Assembly: GCA_021432655.1 (NCBI GenBank)
Contig: MU271273.1
Span: 1 to 64,000, forward strand
DNA from: Atractiella rhizophila
Lineage: Eukaryota
Direction of reading: 5' to 3'
Length of the DNA stretch: 64,000 bases
Shown here piece by piece: positions 25,007 to 38,700 of this stretch. A program made the position numbers and the translations under genes. Positions within the stretch are counted from its first letter, which is position 1. The number at the start of each line of letters is the position of its first letter. The notes under the pieces are model-generated. The model saw only the letters and a program-made list of their open reading frames with translations. It was not told the DNA's origin and ran no database searches.

Positions 25007-28000
25007 CAAGTGTGTCAGTGCCCTCGTCCCTCGGGCATCCCCCCCGCCAAGGGCTTCGCCCCTTGGACCCCAGCCTCCGGCGGCCAGTGCGTGGAGCTTT
25101 GCCTCTGGCAGCCACTGCGTGGGGCCTCGCCTTCGGCGAGATCAGAGTTACACTTGTCCTGCAATTGTCAAGTGTGAAGAGTATTGTCAGTCTATTTGCA
25201 TACGTTTTTGTAGATTCAAAACTTCTCTATATTCTACATTCTCAGTTTTCTTATTATCAGTCACTTCCACTTGATGTAAATAAACTCTAAGATTCTTCAC
25301 ATTTGAAGCTCTTGACAGTCTGACATAAAGTTGTCCATGAGCAAACACAGGGGTATCCAAGTATAGGCTAACAGTCTCAACTGACTGACCCTGTGACTTG
25401 TTGATAGTGAGGCAGAATGCTAACTTGATTGGGAATTGAAACCGGCGTAGGACAAAGGGAAATGAATTGGAGACTTTGCTATCCAAAGCGATGCGTGGAA
25501 TGAGAACTGAGTTGCCTGCGAATGCACCTGTGACAATTGTTGCCTCGATGACGCGAGAGAGTACCTGGGTAACGATCAAACGTGTACCATTACAGAGCCC
25601 AGCAGAAGGGTTGAGGTTTCGAATGAGGATGATAGGGGCTCCGACTTTGAGATGCAAGCGATGAAGAGGAAGGCCCGTAACATTGAGAGTATTAAGGTAC
25701 TCGACCGTAAAGCCTTGCTGAACATTCTCATTGTCATCCATCAAACGATCAGCACTGAGATAAATTCGTTCCTGTCGGGAGATAAATCTTCGGATAAGCT
25801 GATCATTTATCAGGTCGACATCAACGTTTCGAGCAGTGAGGACCATGCGCTCTTGGAAGTACTGCCTCAGTTGATCACGATATAGGTCTTCAGTAATGGT
25901 GTTAAGCCCAGGATAGATGTCATTTAAGAGACCTTCCAGGCCACGTGAGTGTGGGATTATTGTTCCATCCTTCATGGTCAATGGACCACAACCACAGTCA
26001 TCTGGGTTGTCAGTTGCACCATTTCCAACTGACAGCAACCAATTAGCAAAGTCAGAAGCGATAGCAAAGTCATCAGCTGCCATATCAGCCTGGTGACGGA
26101 GAAGACGCATGTTGGCCGTGAGAGGAAGGATCGTAACTGCTGGCCAAAACGGACTGTTGATGACACATGCATCAACAATCTGTGCACGTGAAGCCTTGGG
26201 AATGACAGAGAGGCATTGTCGCATGTCACCTAATCTATTTATCAGAGGTGAAGTCTTTGAATTATCCCACTTACCACCTAGAACAAAAATTACTCCGCCA
26301 AAAGGCGCATCTACTTTACGCATATCTCTCAGCATCCGATCGACTGCCTCAAAGCACCAACGATGGCTCATACCCACTTCATCCCATATTATCAATTCTG
26401 CCTCACGGCAAAGTCGTCCATGATCACTCTGAGCCTTAACACCACAGATTGAATCTGCTTCAAGGTCCAATGGTATTCGAAAGCGTGTGTGGGCAGTTCG
26501 TCCCCCTTCCAACAGGATAGCAGCAATGCCTGAGGAGGCCACAGCGAGCGCAATCTTCCCAGTTGAACGAACTTTGGCAAGTAGTAAGTTTTCAACAAAA
26601 GTCTTTCCTGTCCCTCCTGGCCCATCAATGAAGAACAGACCTCCACTTCCCTCTTCCCAAGCCGCTATGATGGTGTCATAAGCATGACGTTGATCCTAAT
26701 TAAGCAACAGCACCCCCCTGTTGAGACGCTCTTGAAGTTGTAGACGATCATATGCCAGCTCTTCACCAATTATTTTTGTCTCACCCCCCCACCTTTCTAA
26801 CCTCTCTGTCGGTTGTGGTAGTCCAAAATCCGACAGAGACTTTGTGTGAGCCTGTAAGAGATCTTCAATCTCGAGGAGACAGAGACTGATGATTTGTTCT
26901 TCGTGCGGATTGGCTATACCGTACTTTGTCTGCAGTAAACGTTTGCAATCATCGCTAAGTCGTTGAGATGGTTGTCCCATAACGTTCTTGGTTCACTTGC
27001 GACACCAAAAAGAAGGATATAGACAAAAAGGGACCGCATAGCATGACCATTCTTGACTGAGCTGGCTTCCTCAAGGCAAAAGTCCCATTCTTCATCGCTT
27101 TCTAAAAGTCCCAGTGCCACACATGCGGCTTTAAATGTTTCATAAACCCTTCCCTCCACTGTCCGAACATTCTCAAAAGACTTTGGGCTGGCTACCTTGT
27201 GTAAGAGAAGTCGGAGGTAGAAAAGCTCTCCTTGTGATGGTGCAACATAGTAGATCCTTCCAATAGCTTCTCCTCTCTGCCTGATTTTCTATGAGCATGT
27301 GTTTGATTTCCAAGTAAGGTATTGAGGTGCTTTTGGATATGTCAAGTCCTCAGTAATGTCGGGGTGTTTCATATAGAAGTCAAAAAATTGAGTTAGTGTG
27401 GTCTTGCTAATGTTTGGGCTGGAAAGGATATCGTTGAGGGACTCTTCCTCTGGATTGAACGTGATAGACTGTTGATTGGGGAGGTGGATGGCTAATCGCT
27501 TGAATGTTGGAAAATGGTGATGCAATTGAAAGCGGAAGATGCGGTAACAGGCTAAGATATATGTCAGACAATCTAAAATATGCTGAAACGTACGTGCATT
27601 GTCACAGCGTCGATAAGTTGGATATCCATCGTCATTGATGCCTGGCTCTGCTGCAAATGGTTTGGGGTACCCCTTGCTACAGATCTTTCTGCCTGGCCTT
27701 TTAGGATCCTCTACCATGCAGGGACTATCTGGATTAATGTCTCCACATGGTCCATGAAGCATATGCTGACATACAATATCGAAAAGCTCGGGGTCAGCAT
27801 CTTTGTCTGGTAGTTCGGCGGATACAACATGGTCGATAGCTTCAGCATCCCTAATGGTATCTTGTGGATGAAGAATGATGAGAATATGAGTATGAGGTAG
27901 ACCACGTTTCTGAAACTCAATTACCCAAACAAATCCGACTGTCCTCCCGAAGATTGTGTTCTCTTTGATCTCCTGCATATAGGCTTTAACCTTTACACTG

Positions 28001-29516
28001 AAGACCCTAGAGACCAAATCTGGTATGTCTGTAGCGGTTTGTCCAGGCAGTAAAGCTTCAGTGATTTCTGGCCAGCGAGGATTGCAGGTAAATGTTGTAA
28101 AGATGGTCGACCAGTTTTATTGCCGACCAACTCTGACCCCTTGGACGACGGGTCTGCCAAGAATTGTATTCTTTTTCTGTAGGGAATCTCTTCAGCTGGT
28201 GCAGATTTGCTCTCAAATGGCACGCACCTTTGGAAGATAAATTGGCTATAGCAGTGGCACTTGTTGCCTTGGACTTCCATGCCGCTGCTTGCTGTGAGAG
28301 ATAGCAACACTTCTAGGATGCCCATGTTTAGAAGATCACTGTTGATATCATCTGTGGAATACGTCAGCCACACTTCTCGCTGGAAAGCCGCACAGCTTAC
28401 CACTCAAGTCCAAACAGCTGCACGAGCCGTCATCTCAGACTGGATGCTGATCGGCACAGTTGAGGACAAGTTACTTGATTTTATCCACAGCCCCGGCTTC
28501 AACCATACCTGACTTGTTCTTCCCGCTCGACGCCGCGAGATTATGGAGAGTGGAGATGGCATGACATTGTATCTCTTTGTTCTCGTCGTATGCCAGCAGA
28601 TCGATGAGGAGATAAGGAAGCCGGATTCAATGAAGGAGAACTCATTCACGGGATGGATGGAGACGAAGGTCGGGGAGGAGAGGATAAGAGGTAGGAACGA
28701 TGATTGAAGGAGATGAAGAAGCGGAGAAGGCCGCCAGATTTGACAATCTCAGTTTGAGATTTCTCTGTTGTGGAATCATAGGAGTTGAGAAGAGAAATGA
28801 ACAGACCATTCAGATGTGAGGTTTCAGAGTGCCAAAGCGGCTTGACACTGGACCTTAAGCGAAGGGCTGTCCATGAGGGTGATGACATTCTGAACAAGCT
28901 TCAGGTTTGTATTCAATAACTTCTTTCGGTTGTTGGCTGTGATGCACCAGTAAGAGAAAGTTTTTGGACAGGAGGAAAAGAAAGCCGAGCCATCAACAGC
29001 AAAGTTGGACAGAGCCGTTGTGCAGTAGTACTGAACGTCGGTGTCGGGAGAGCTGCAGGCTTACAAGGACAGACATTGCTACTGCATTGACGAGCTGTTG
29101 GCGATTCTCATCTGTTATAATTTCAGTGATGTCACATTTGGCAGACTCAGGGAGATAAATCACCGCTCTGTGTCCTGTTCAGGAGAGCACCAGTAGCATT
29201 CCGCTGGACGCGCATGTCCTTGCTTTTTGTATAAGAGGAACGAGAGCACTGGATCTTGCAATCCTAGTTTTACCCTCATCTGGAATGGTATCAGTTTGCA
29301 GCCGAAACAGAACGTCCGCTTCTTGATTTCTGACCTTCCCTTCCTCCTCCCTTAGCCCAGCAGTCACCTTCATATGCTCTTGTTTATGGTAGTTAAAGTA
29401 CTCAATGTCGGACCTGTCTCCGCCACCTCCATTTTCAGTTTCCCTGTCCTTTTCCCTTTTATAAATAGCGTTGTTTCTAGTGCTGTGGCAGATGTCAATA
29501 TATACAAATGTAGAGA
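25007..29516 (-). mobile_element. Helitron copy B, the most complete Rep-helicase copy; defective
   Basis: 3' end CTTG|T at 25007 with subterminal hairpins; candidate 5' end A|TCTCTACATTTGTATATA at 29516 (tentative); Rep and Pif1 helicase coding inside. Confidence 0.88.
25187..28110 (-). pseudogene. Helitron Rep (HUH endonuclease)-Pif1 helicase with stops and frameshifts
   Basis: TFTCNPRW; EFQKRGLPHTHIL; YPTYRR; FKAACVALGLL; Walker A DGPGGTGKT near 26600-26630; IIWDE; APFGG; LCNGTRL; TINKSQGQ; HGQLYV. Confidence 0.92.
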
Positions 29517-30399
29517 TTGAGAACATTGATATCCATCACCACCATACCACTAACCCACTGTCTCTCCTCTACAGCTGAATTCTGCTGAGCTCCATCACCA
29601 CTCGTACGACCTATACAATTCCCCAAACATACTTCTGACACCTTACCACCACTCTCAACAGCTCGGAACTTAGAAGCAGCAATTGATGGAACAATAACGA
29701 TGGAAGGAATGCAACCAGAAGGAGAGATGGGATTAGGGGAGGAGATAGGAGAGGGGAGATGGGAATTACAACTATTGCAAGAACTAAAGGAATGGAGGAA
29801 GGATAATAAGGAGCAAAAAGAAAGGGAAGAGTGGAGGAGGAAGGAAAGAGAGGTTAGTATCAAGAATGTAACAGCATGGAGTGGAAAGAGGGTGAGTTGA
29901 GAAGTTTCTTGGCCAATGTCTTGGCCTACCATGAAGAACAGAAAAGCAGGAAGGGGATAGTGTTTAGAGGACTGGTTGTGATTGAAGGAGAAGACTGAGA
30001 GATTGTGGAAATGGAAAGTTATAGCCTGAGAAAGGCACTGGATTGGTTGGAGAGGTTATTATAAGCCGACAAGTATGTCCTGCAACCTTTTCAACACTGT
30101 AGGAGAGATGGAGAAGCGGGTTGGTAATCCCTCGAAGAAGCTTGCAGTTGAATTGAGGAAGCCTACGAACCCTTCATGTACAGCTGCAACAGGGGCATGC
30201 ATTGTACCAAGAGCTGGAGGCACTGATACAAGATTTCATCAGGGACAGTCAGGAGGTGGAGAAGAAAGTTCCATCGATCCTTCCAACTCGAGCTCACAAC
30301 TAAGTACTGCAACATGTATCCTACGTGCCCAGCATCAAGTCGAGATTTGCTGTCCTCCCTAGAAACTACCAGTTCGAAACAGTTATCGTGCAGAAAGTC

Positions 30400-31960
30400 A
30401 AAGACTCTGGTAACTCTATGGAAGGAAAGCCGGTAAATAAAGTCTGAGCCTGTGGAAGTTTGCCATTGGACTGAGACGGTCCATTCTACAATACGATGAT
30501 AGAGCTGAGCCAGAAGTGCTGGGACACCGTTAAACAGCTCATCCACTATCTCTTCCATTTCTCAAAACCAACATCGAAGCATTTCATTCTAATTTTCATC
30601 TTCAAAACCTCGGCGAGGCTGCTTCAATGGAGCCCGAATCTGTCATCTGCACCAACCTGATTGATTTCAAGAATGAATGACACACAACAATTCCTAAGGT
30701 TTATCACAGCCTTTTCTTGCTTCCACTCCAGCAGAATGAGGTGTCAACCAACTGACTTTGCATCAGGAGCCGATATTCCAGACGCCCCTTTGTTGGAAAT
30801 CGAGGGGTGAGGAGCCGAGCTAAGTATGACTTGGTTACATTTTGCTGAGCTCTTGCAAATGCCTGAGCACCAGGAAATGTGTGTTTATATAGCTTACAGC
30901 AGTGGCAACTAGAAAGTAGTAGAACATTCCAGAAAACTAAAGAACTTTGCCAGCACGAAACTAGACCTGAAAAATCCAACACCTTTCAAGAGACACATGG
31001 CAAAAATTGAAATGATTGGTTTCAACGATCCAACCAATAGCCACGAGCTCTATTGGCAAATTGCAGTACCAATCTCGTCTAAATCGGAGGATGAACCCGA
31101 CAAATTCATGTCAACCTCTGACCGATGCGCTGAACCACTGACTCGGAAAGTCATGGCAATCCCATTGGGGGCCTTGTCTTGGTTCCCTGTGCTGCAGAAA
31201 TGCCACAGAAAAAATGCAAGCTTTGGTTCAAGACTTTGACTTTGCTATCAAGGAACAAGAAGGGAGAGTTAACAACCAAGAGAGAACAGTAAGTGAAGTC
31301 TTTCGATCGACAGCATTGCTAATTTCATTAGGCAACATGTATGTACATTGTGTCCAAGAAAATTGATGGAGAGGACTCTCACAGACTGTTGGACGATTTC
31401 GAGTCCATCTATCACGTCCTTTACATCCTTACCTTTGCACACATCACCGAAGCTGAAATCCGTGGACTTGGACTAAAGATCGAAGGGTATCTTAGCAAAA
31501 CTTCGCCGGACTCCAAAAGACGGATATTAATGGGCAATCTCAGGGTTTCTGAGAAGAGGAGATTTTGGGATCCAGTTTTTGGTCCCATCATCATTATTTT
31601 CCGCCTCTTCCTGTCTCCTGGCTACGTGGACGATCCAAAGCCGCTATAACCCAGAAGCGTTGTGATAAGCTCGAGCTTCCCGACCCCAACGAACGTCCCA
31701 TCTTGACTCCATTTCTGCAACGGCAAGAGGAACTTCCGAAATTCTTAAATGGTGAAAAGATAGTATCCTCGTTTGAAGACAAGGAAGCTTGCGAATGCTT
31801 AGTCGAGGTAACTCAGGCGGTTCTCCTCCAGTCACAGCATGTGGATGTTTCAGGGCTACGGGCAGGTTCTCATGGCATGCTCGCTCTACGGAACGGATCC
31901 TTCGTTACAAGAAGGCCAACCACGACGCCAAACGTTCGGAACAGGCTCGGGAGGGTATAG
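30400..31960 (+). pseudogene. Fungal FunK1-type (Pkinase_fungal) protein kinase relic
   Basis: ALVQDFDFA...ERT|GTAAGT intron, then H..LDDFESIYHVL; interrupted by a solo LTR; boundaries approximate. Confidence 0.6.
30791..30981 (+). mobile_element. Solo LTR, 191 bp
   Basis: TGTTGGA...TCCAACA termini, flanking CCTT repeat (30787-30790, 30982-30985), internal similarity to 38454-38637. Confidence 0.7.
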
Positions 31961-32390
31961 GCTAATGCCCCCTCTCGAGCCCGAACAAGCTAAGCGTTCT
32001 TAGTTCTTTACTTTAAGTTTTCAACGTCACTCCACATTTCTTCAATAATTTCTCCTCTTCTGCTTGTACAACAGTGTACTTTATGTGTTATTATTACTTT
32101 TGTTTTGCTTCTTATCTTTCTAAATTGCGTTCTGATACTTGGTGGCCACAGATCAGCACGTCTCGTCAACACCTCTCATGCTAGGGAGCCTTGACCCTCA
32201 AATAGCCATCTCAGGAGTTTACTTTAAATGGATGCCTTTCCCCGTGAAGAGCCGGGAAGAAGCAGGAAGGGGAGAAGGAGGGAGTCGGGGATGAGAGGAG
32301 GCAGAGAATGGTTTCCCGGCGCTTGTAACGTTACTAAATCACGATGGAGAGCTTCATGACCTGTAGGTCGCAAAAAGCTCGTTAATGGAT

Positions 32391-32411
32391 ATCATCATCA
32401 TCATCATCATC
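32391..32411. repeat. (ATC)7 microsatellite
   Basis: Directly visible. Confidence 0.9.
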
Positions 32412-34878
32412 AGCATGTGGATATTTTAAAACGGATGGACACCTGCAACCGAATTTTCTTCACCAATACTTCAAAGTCAAACCCTGGATCGGCGGCACCA
32501 AACGCTCCGCATTGCACCAAGAAGGTCGTCAGTCAAAGGTCCAATGAACGGGTACAACCCATCAACGTCAGACGTATGGCCCTTCGTCAGGCACAGGTAC
32601 AGAGGGAAGTGGGATGAGAGACCCTGTTGATGTGTCGCTGACGACGGGTCCACCACTTGCTGCAGTCGGGGCGACTGGGTTTGCATTGATGGTAAATGTG
32701 CTGATGTGCGACTCGTTCCGTCCTCATCTATTGTGATCGCCTGAGTACCAATGTTCGTCGAGAACTAAAGACACTGACTAGTCCAGGCAATAAAATAGCT
32801 ACTCCTAGTTGAAAGGGTGATAGGCGGCTCCACCGTGGTCGAGCCGTCCGTTAAGGCGACTGGAGGGGAGAGAGGAGAGTTTGAGAGGAGCTCGATGGAT
32901 GAGGTGGTTGTGTAGCTGAGGAGTAGGCGGTGTTGGACGGAGGCAGTGGATAGGATGTCCGAGAGATCCCCGAATGATGAAAGGGTAAGGAGAGAATAGA
33001 CAGACCAGGACACTTTAAGCTGATCCCTGCAGTAAAGACAGTCCGGAGGTAGGGAAAGTGATATCAGGCGAGTACGATGTAATCTGCCTTCCTTTCAGGT
33101 CTGCTCGAGGCTAATGCGGAAAGTCTCTCTCATTGTTGAGGATGAATGGAGATTCCAAAACGGCACCACAGCAAGCGAAGAGAGAGAGCGCAAACATTAA
33201 CATAGCCACTGCCACCTCCGATGGTATATCGCTGTAGCAAGCAGTTAGAAATGGCTGCAATACCTTCGTTGGTGCACAAAGCTCCAAGGTGGTGCCTTTC
33301 CATGCGTCAAACTTTATCTCCGCTATCTCACCCTTTTGATTGATTGCTGACTCCCTCATCCATCAAGACGGGAGACGGATGACACTAACAAGGGGTCAGC
33401 TGTTCAACTTGAGGCTCGCACCTCCTGATCGTGTGATGCTCCGTTTAGAAGTCTCCCACTGCACCATCTATGTACCCATTATACTCTTCTCTTGAGAAAT
33501 CTGTTAAACCCAAGTAAGCCGCCTCATCGGCCTCCGATGAAGACAGGGGTTCATTGCATTTGTTGAGGTGACTCCACCAAGAATAATCACAACGACCACC
33601 ACCAACGGCCGCCTTGAAAACGTGAACGACATGAACCTGCTCCCGTTGGGGTCCTGCAGCTCCTAACCCTCTCGATTAGGGTTAAGAAGGAGATCCGTGG
33701 ATGGGTTTAGTATGTCAAATGTGAGGCATTGAGATGAGTGGGAATCTGTCAAAACGTTCCTGTAAGTTCTGGCGGCTTGTTGTCCATGTCGAGTCAAAGA
33801 GCGCATCGCATCGAGGCGGAGTAGTTGTGGTAAGGAAGAAGGAGGTGTTCAAGGTTTATCCATGGTAGATCGCGGAGTCCGGTCATAGAATACCTGGCTG
33901 CTGGATTGAGGGATCCGTATGACCCATATTCAACAACGCAACCTCAGCCCGAGACTGAGATATAAAAGCGAAAGACAGTGTCCCATTCCTCTTCACTCAT
34001 ATCTGCTACAATATGGAAGCTTTCGCACACTCTAACCAGTGGAGAATTGTCGTGAATCCATTTCAAGCTCCTTGCTTCTGGTACTTGTCTGACTGTACTA
34101 TGTAAGCAAAGGTGGAACATCGCTACATCATTGAGGTGGATGGAGAACAACACACCCTTCCTGAAGAGCTTGTCTTTGCTGTCCTCGTAAGATTGCTTGC
34201 CAGTTCGTTCTTTTGGCTTCATCTGTCCTGATAGCAAGTGTTGATGGATGGGACAAGGTGTCATTAACGTCCATCTTAGTTTGTGAAACGTGTCCAACTC
34301 CTTGGCCTTCAATTGTCATTCTAGAGACAAGTTCATCACTCAGGACGTGTTTCTCCTCCCTAACTTCTGATGTTTGATCTCCAGAAATGACAATCGGATG
34401 TAAATGAATTTGCTGTTTTTTTGCACCTCTTCTTGATTAGCCAGGATGTCCGCCGCTCCTTTTCTCCTTTTTAGTCTCCCGAGAGAGTGAATACAATCAC
34501 GATACAATATCAGTACATCAGGAGGCTTCCAATTTCAAAAGCCAATGAATTGAGAGCGAGCCTTTGCAGCAAATAAATCTAACGAACCTTCCGATCTGCT
34601 TCTCTGTTCTTCACTGACACTCCCTCTACTTTAAAAAATGTCCCATAGATCACATTCGGAATGAACTCTTTTCTAGCCGCAAAATTTGGATCAGTGAAGC
34701 TTTGAAGGAACGCAAGCAATCGTTGTATTGTTGAGCTGAAAGTTGAGAGTGATGAAAGGTGTCCTTAAGGCAACCAAGTAACTTGTGAGTAGACATTCGT
34801 GGGCTTTTAACGAGTAGGAAGGATCAACGTCGAAGGACTATTATGTGCACAGTGCTGAGTATGCATGAAAGCGCTGAA

Positions 34879-35160
34879 GATCTAGCACGTAACTACCGCA
34901 TTAGAATCACTGTTTGATCCAGCGCATAGAAATTGCCTTATGATCTAGCGTACGGACGTTGATCCAACGTAATGACCATTTGCATCGAATTGCCTTTTGA
35001 CCAGCGTACGGACGTTAATCCAGCGTTATGACTATTTGATAGAATTTCGTCCGACTAGCGGACAGAACTGCATTTAGACCCAGCGTACTGATCGTTTGAT
35101 TCAATGCGTGACATTGCCGTTTGATCCAGCGCATCGAAAAACGCGCGTTTGGCCCAGTGG
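34879..35160. repeat. Array of degenerate GATCCAGCG motifs, probably TE subterminal repeats
   Basis: About ten GA(T/C)C(C/T)AGCG-like motifs at irregular spacing; AGCGTACGGACGTT occurs twice. Confidence 0.65.
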
Positions 35161-36406
35161 GTTAGGGGCTGTTGCCCTCCTTGAAAAATTTTCACAAAGT
35201 CCATCCGCATCGAACGTTCATCTGCATCTCCTTCAACATCTCCTTACCCAATTTTCCGCAGCTGTCGCCTTTGTGCAAACCTTCCCTTTCTCTCGACATC
35301 CTTTCTGGACCTGGACGCTGCATCTCAACTGACCAACTCACACCTTCTGCAATCTAGTGCTGTGACTGTGTGCAACAAACCCCATCACTGTTATGGAATC
35401 TGGATCAGCCTGAAGGGAGTTGTTTCTGTGAACTGTGCTCATTTAGGTGTGGGACTAAGTGGAGTGTAGAGAAGTTTTAAAGGTATGTTGTCCTTCTCTT
35501 TGGCATACCGTCGGTCAGAGGAACAAGATGGGAAGATGTGTGACACTCTTCATATTTCTTCTTACATTGTTGTCTAGACCTTGTCTCTCTCCATCCTCCC
35601 GCTTATGCTCCTTCCTCACCGAACCTCTTATCACCTGCAACGGTCTTGCTGTTACGCTCTGCATCACAGCTTACCCCTCACCCTTTCCTCATGCGCATCC
35701 GTGACACCGTTCCATCCACCTCTGCCCCACTTGCTCGTATGAGGTGAAGAACCTGCTTACATTCTCTTCAATTCCCCCGAATGCATGCGGTAAAAAGCGG
35801 TACCAGGAGTCAATGGATGGTCATTGAAGCGGCTTGGACTGTTAAGCTGTGGTGAGACCACAGAACTTCAAATGTTCTAGTATTCAGTGTTGAATCTAGT
35901 GAGTAAGGTCATCATTCTAATGGCAGTCCTAATCTGAGTTGAGGAAGGAGCAAAGTGACATGAAAATGTTTCAATCTACTTGAGCTACATTGCTGACATA
36001 GATCTGCGCACTATTTGTGAGTCAATATATCTCCCAAAGTCCCTTCACTCACAGCTAGTAGACAGGCACTTCGGTAAGACGGTTTGTTGACCTTGTGTCA
36101 ACCCGCCCTGTTTAGCACAGGTCGGCTCCACACAACCCACAGCACATCCGATCTACCTCCCTCTTTCCTCACGTTTTTCCTCAAATCAAAAAGGTTATCT
36201 TAAACATTAGAACGGTGAAACTGTAGGCTGGATAGGAGGTCGTGATGGGATGTGATAGAACAAGCAAATGATTCAATTTTACAGTGCAAGATGTGTAAAC
36301 TATGAGATTGCCTTGATTAATATAATGGATTTCATTGCACATATATGTCACAAAGCACGAGAAGGAGCCTGCAAATGAAATAAGGAAGCAAACGAGGTGA
36401 CTCAAT

Positions 36407-36505
36407 CATAGCGCTATAGCGCTATAGTGCCGCTCCTAGGGGTCTAGGATAGCGACCAGGTGACAAAAGCCCTATGAGCTATCATAGGGCTCATAGCTCC
36501 ATAGA
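36407..36505. repeat. Palindromic (C)TATAGC(G)/ATAGC cluster, MITE or hAT-like subterminal region
   Basis: ATAGCGCTATAGCGCTATAG and AGCCCTATGA-GCTA-TCATAGGGCT hairpin. Confidence 0.5.
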
Positions 36506-37899
36506 CACCTGTCCAGAAAGTGCTGATGTTTTTTAGAGAAAGACTGAACATAGCTACATAATTGAGGCGGATGGAAATATTACATCATTCCTCAAGAGTT
36601 GGTAGTGCTAGTCCTCGGAAGATTGCTCGCCCGTATGCTTTCATTTTTCCTAAGTTTGAGGTAGACGATGTAATAAGAATAATATAAATGAGCATTCTTC
36701 GTATCTTATGAGTCACTTCTCTTTTCGTCGCAGTGTTGCTTCCGTGACCCCTTTTCTTTTCATCACACACAACCACCATCTCGTTGAGCTGGCCTGGACT
36801 GAGGTATAGCTAGTGCTGTGTGTGAGGTGAGTACCTTCTCTCATTAGTTATGCTGTGCTCATTCAAGCACGCTGAGAAGGTTTCCTTTCTCTTCTCTGCG
36901 AGTTCGACTAACCCCTCGTTTCTAAAACACTCAAAGAGTATCTGTACTCTTCTTTTGACCCTCTTCTCCACTTACTTAGTCCGTGCTATTTTAGGGCTTT
37001 GCCAAAGCCTTCTCCGCTGTACCCAGCTCCGTAGACTCTTCGAGTGTTTTAGGTATGTTTGTGCTTATACTTATATCTCATGCTACTGTTCTTATACTAT
37101 GCAAACTCATGTTTTAGGTTATCTTATTTCGAACTCCCGCCACTATCAGGAGCCTTGCCAGCTTCTTGTAGTCGCATTACAGACGATAAGGATCGTACGG
37201 GAAGCTATTTGAAGGGTTTTCTTAATAGGCAGTCCAGCATAATGGATGAAGTCTTGTTGCACGTCGGAAACAATTCCCTTGTCCAAATCACGACTCCACT
37301 GACTTGCATAAGATGACTCTCTTTCAGACCAAAAAACTGATATCATGTGCATCTGCCTGCTCCCTCACCCATGTTCCGTTTGAAGCAGCTATCCATGCGA
37401 AAATAAAATAACTTTATTCCTCTCAGACTTCACACTTCACCTCTTGTAGGTCAAAGATACCGAAATATGGAAGGCTGCAGATTTGCTTGTTCCTGGGGCA
37501 GCTTCCGAAGCGAAGATAGGACCGTGATTTCGTTGTGTTTGTACGGGGCAGCGGAACTGTTGAAGAGCGAAGGAATGCAATCATTAATTGAGCTGAGAGG
37601 TGTACTTGAAGCAACTGAGTGACATGTGAGCAGACAGCGTAAATAGATAAGTAGGTGTCTAATGAGCAGGATTGAAAGTCGAAGGATATGCACAAGGCTC
37701 AGATCAAAGCACTCGAAATACTTTTGATCCCTTCATTCCTTTTACTCCTCAATCTGCATAACGATACCGGCCAACAATGCTCCTATTTATCACCAGCCTG
37801 TCCACGCTCCAATTCCTTGAGGAACATTTCGATACCGGTAATCGTGATGGGTTTATTCACACACGTTGTACTCACTCAACACACCAACAGCTAACCAAC

Positions 37900-38200
37900 G
37901 GAACTAAAAGAGCTAAAGATGGGTGTTTACAACCATCTTGGCGATGACAACCAACCGTAACAAAAGGACTCTCCTGAACTTGGTCTGATTTTCAACTATC
38001 GCAAGTTGAATGAAGTCACAGCCAAAGATAAAACATCACGTCCTATCCAAGCTGACCTCTTGTCCATGGTCTTTGCTGAGAAATTCCCCAGCAAGATTGA
38101 CCTGAGGAAAGGTTTCAACAATTTGAGCATCAAAGATTGAGGCGAATGTAAGCATGTTTTACACAAATCATGGACTTTCCAAACACACAGTGATGCACTT
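37900..38200 (+). pseudogene. Ty3/Gypsy reverse-transcriptase fragment
   Basis: KKDS.ELGLIFNYRKLNEVTAKD...FPSKIDLRKGFNNL; 38043-38143 is a near-identical inverted copy of 41041-41141. Confidence 0.8.
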
Positions 38201-38208
38201 TGAGCTCT

Positions 38209-38700
38209 TGTTAGGACACTATGTACAGTTGCAGATTGGATATATAGCTGTAGTGGAGATGAACCTAAGAGCATAATATGACAAGAGAAGACTAGCCTGT
38301 CATGGAGATGAACCTAAGAGAATACTTTAAGGTCGCCTTTACTTTTCTCTGACCTATATCACAGAGCCACAAAGTGTAGAGGAGAGTATATGAAATGTAA
38401 GAGAACCAAAAAGGGAAAGCAACAGTAGGATTATGGGGGTTGATAAGAGGAGATGTTGTTTTTCTCTGCTGCTTTGTTAACCTCAAACAAATGTATTACG
38501 TTTGGCTGAGCTCTTGCAAACGCATGAGCAGCAGAAACACAAGAACAGGTGTTTATATACATGAGAGCTTGTGGCAAATAGAAAGTTCCAGAATGTTCAT
38601 GAACAAAGTATTACTAACATTTTACACATCTCCAACAGGAGAGTAGATACCAGTGGGCTACATGGTGATGGGAGCACAAGTAGGCAGCGTTCACACTGAC
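38209..38700 (+). mobile_element. Gypsy-type LTR remnant carrying a nested solo LTR
   Basis: Begins TGTTAGGAC; homologous in inverted orientation to about 39850-40190; 3' end not resolved. Confidence 0.65.
38454..38637 (+). mobile_element. Solo LTR, 184 bp, with 5-bp TSD GGAGA
   Basis: TGTTG...CCAACA; GGAGA at 38449-38453 and 38638-38642; the paralogous LTR near 39933 has a single GGAGA (empty site). Confidence 0.85.

Noticed and set aside
32417..34830. Protein-coding genes in scattered minus-strand ORFs
   Set aside because: No recognisable motif or consistent exon chain could be established by eye
34879..35160. CRISPR-like repeat-spacer array
   Set aside because: Motifs are only about 9 bp, degenerate and irregularly spaced; eukaryotic context; no cas genes
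33662..35168. Telomeric repeats (CCTAACCCT, TTAGGGTTA, GGGTTAGGG)
   Set aside because: Only one to one and a half units at isolated sites; not an array
35389..35706. Solo LTR (TGTTATGGA...TCCGTGACA)
   Set aside because: Termini are imperfect, no TSD (ATCAC versus CCGTT) and no second copy in the window
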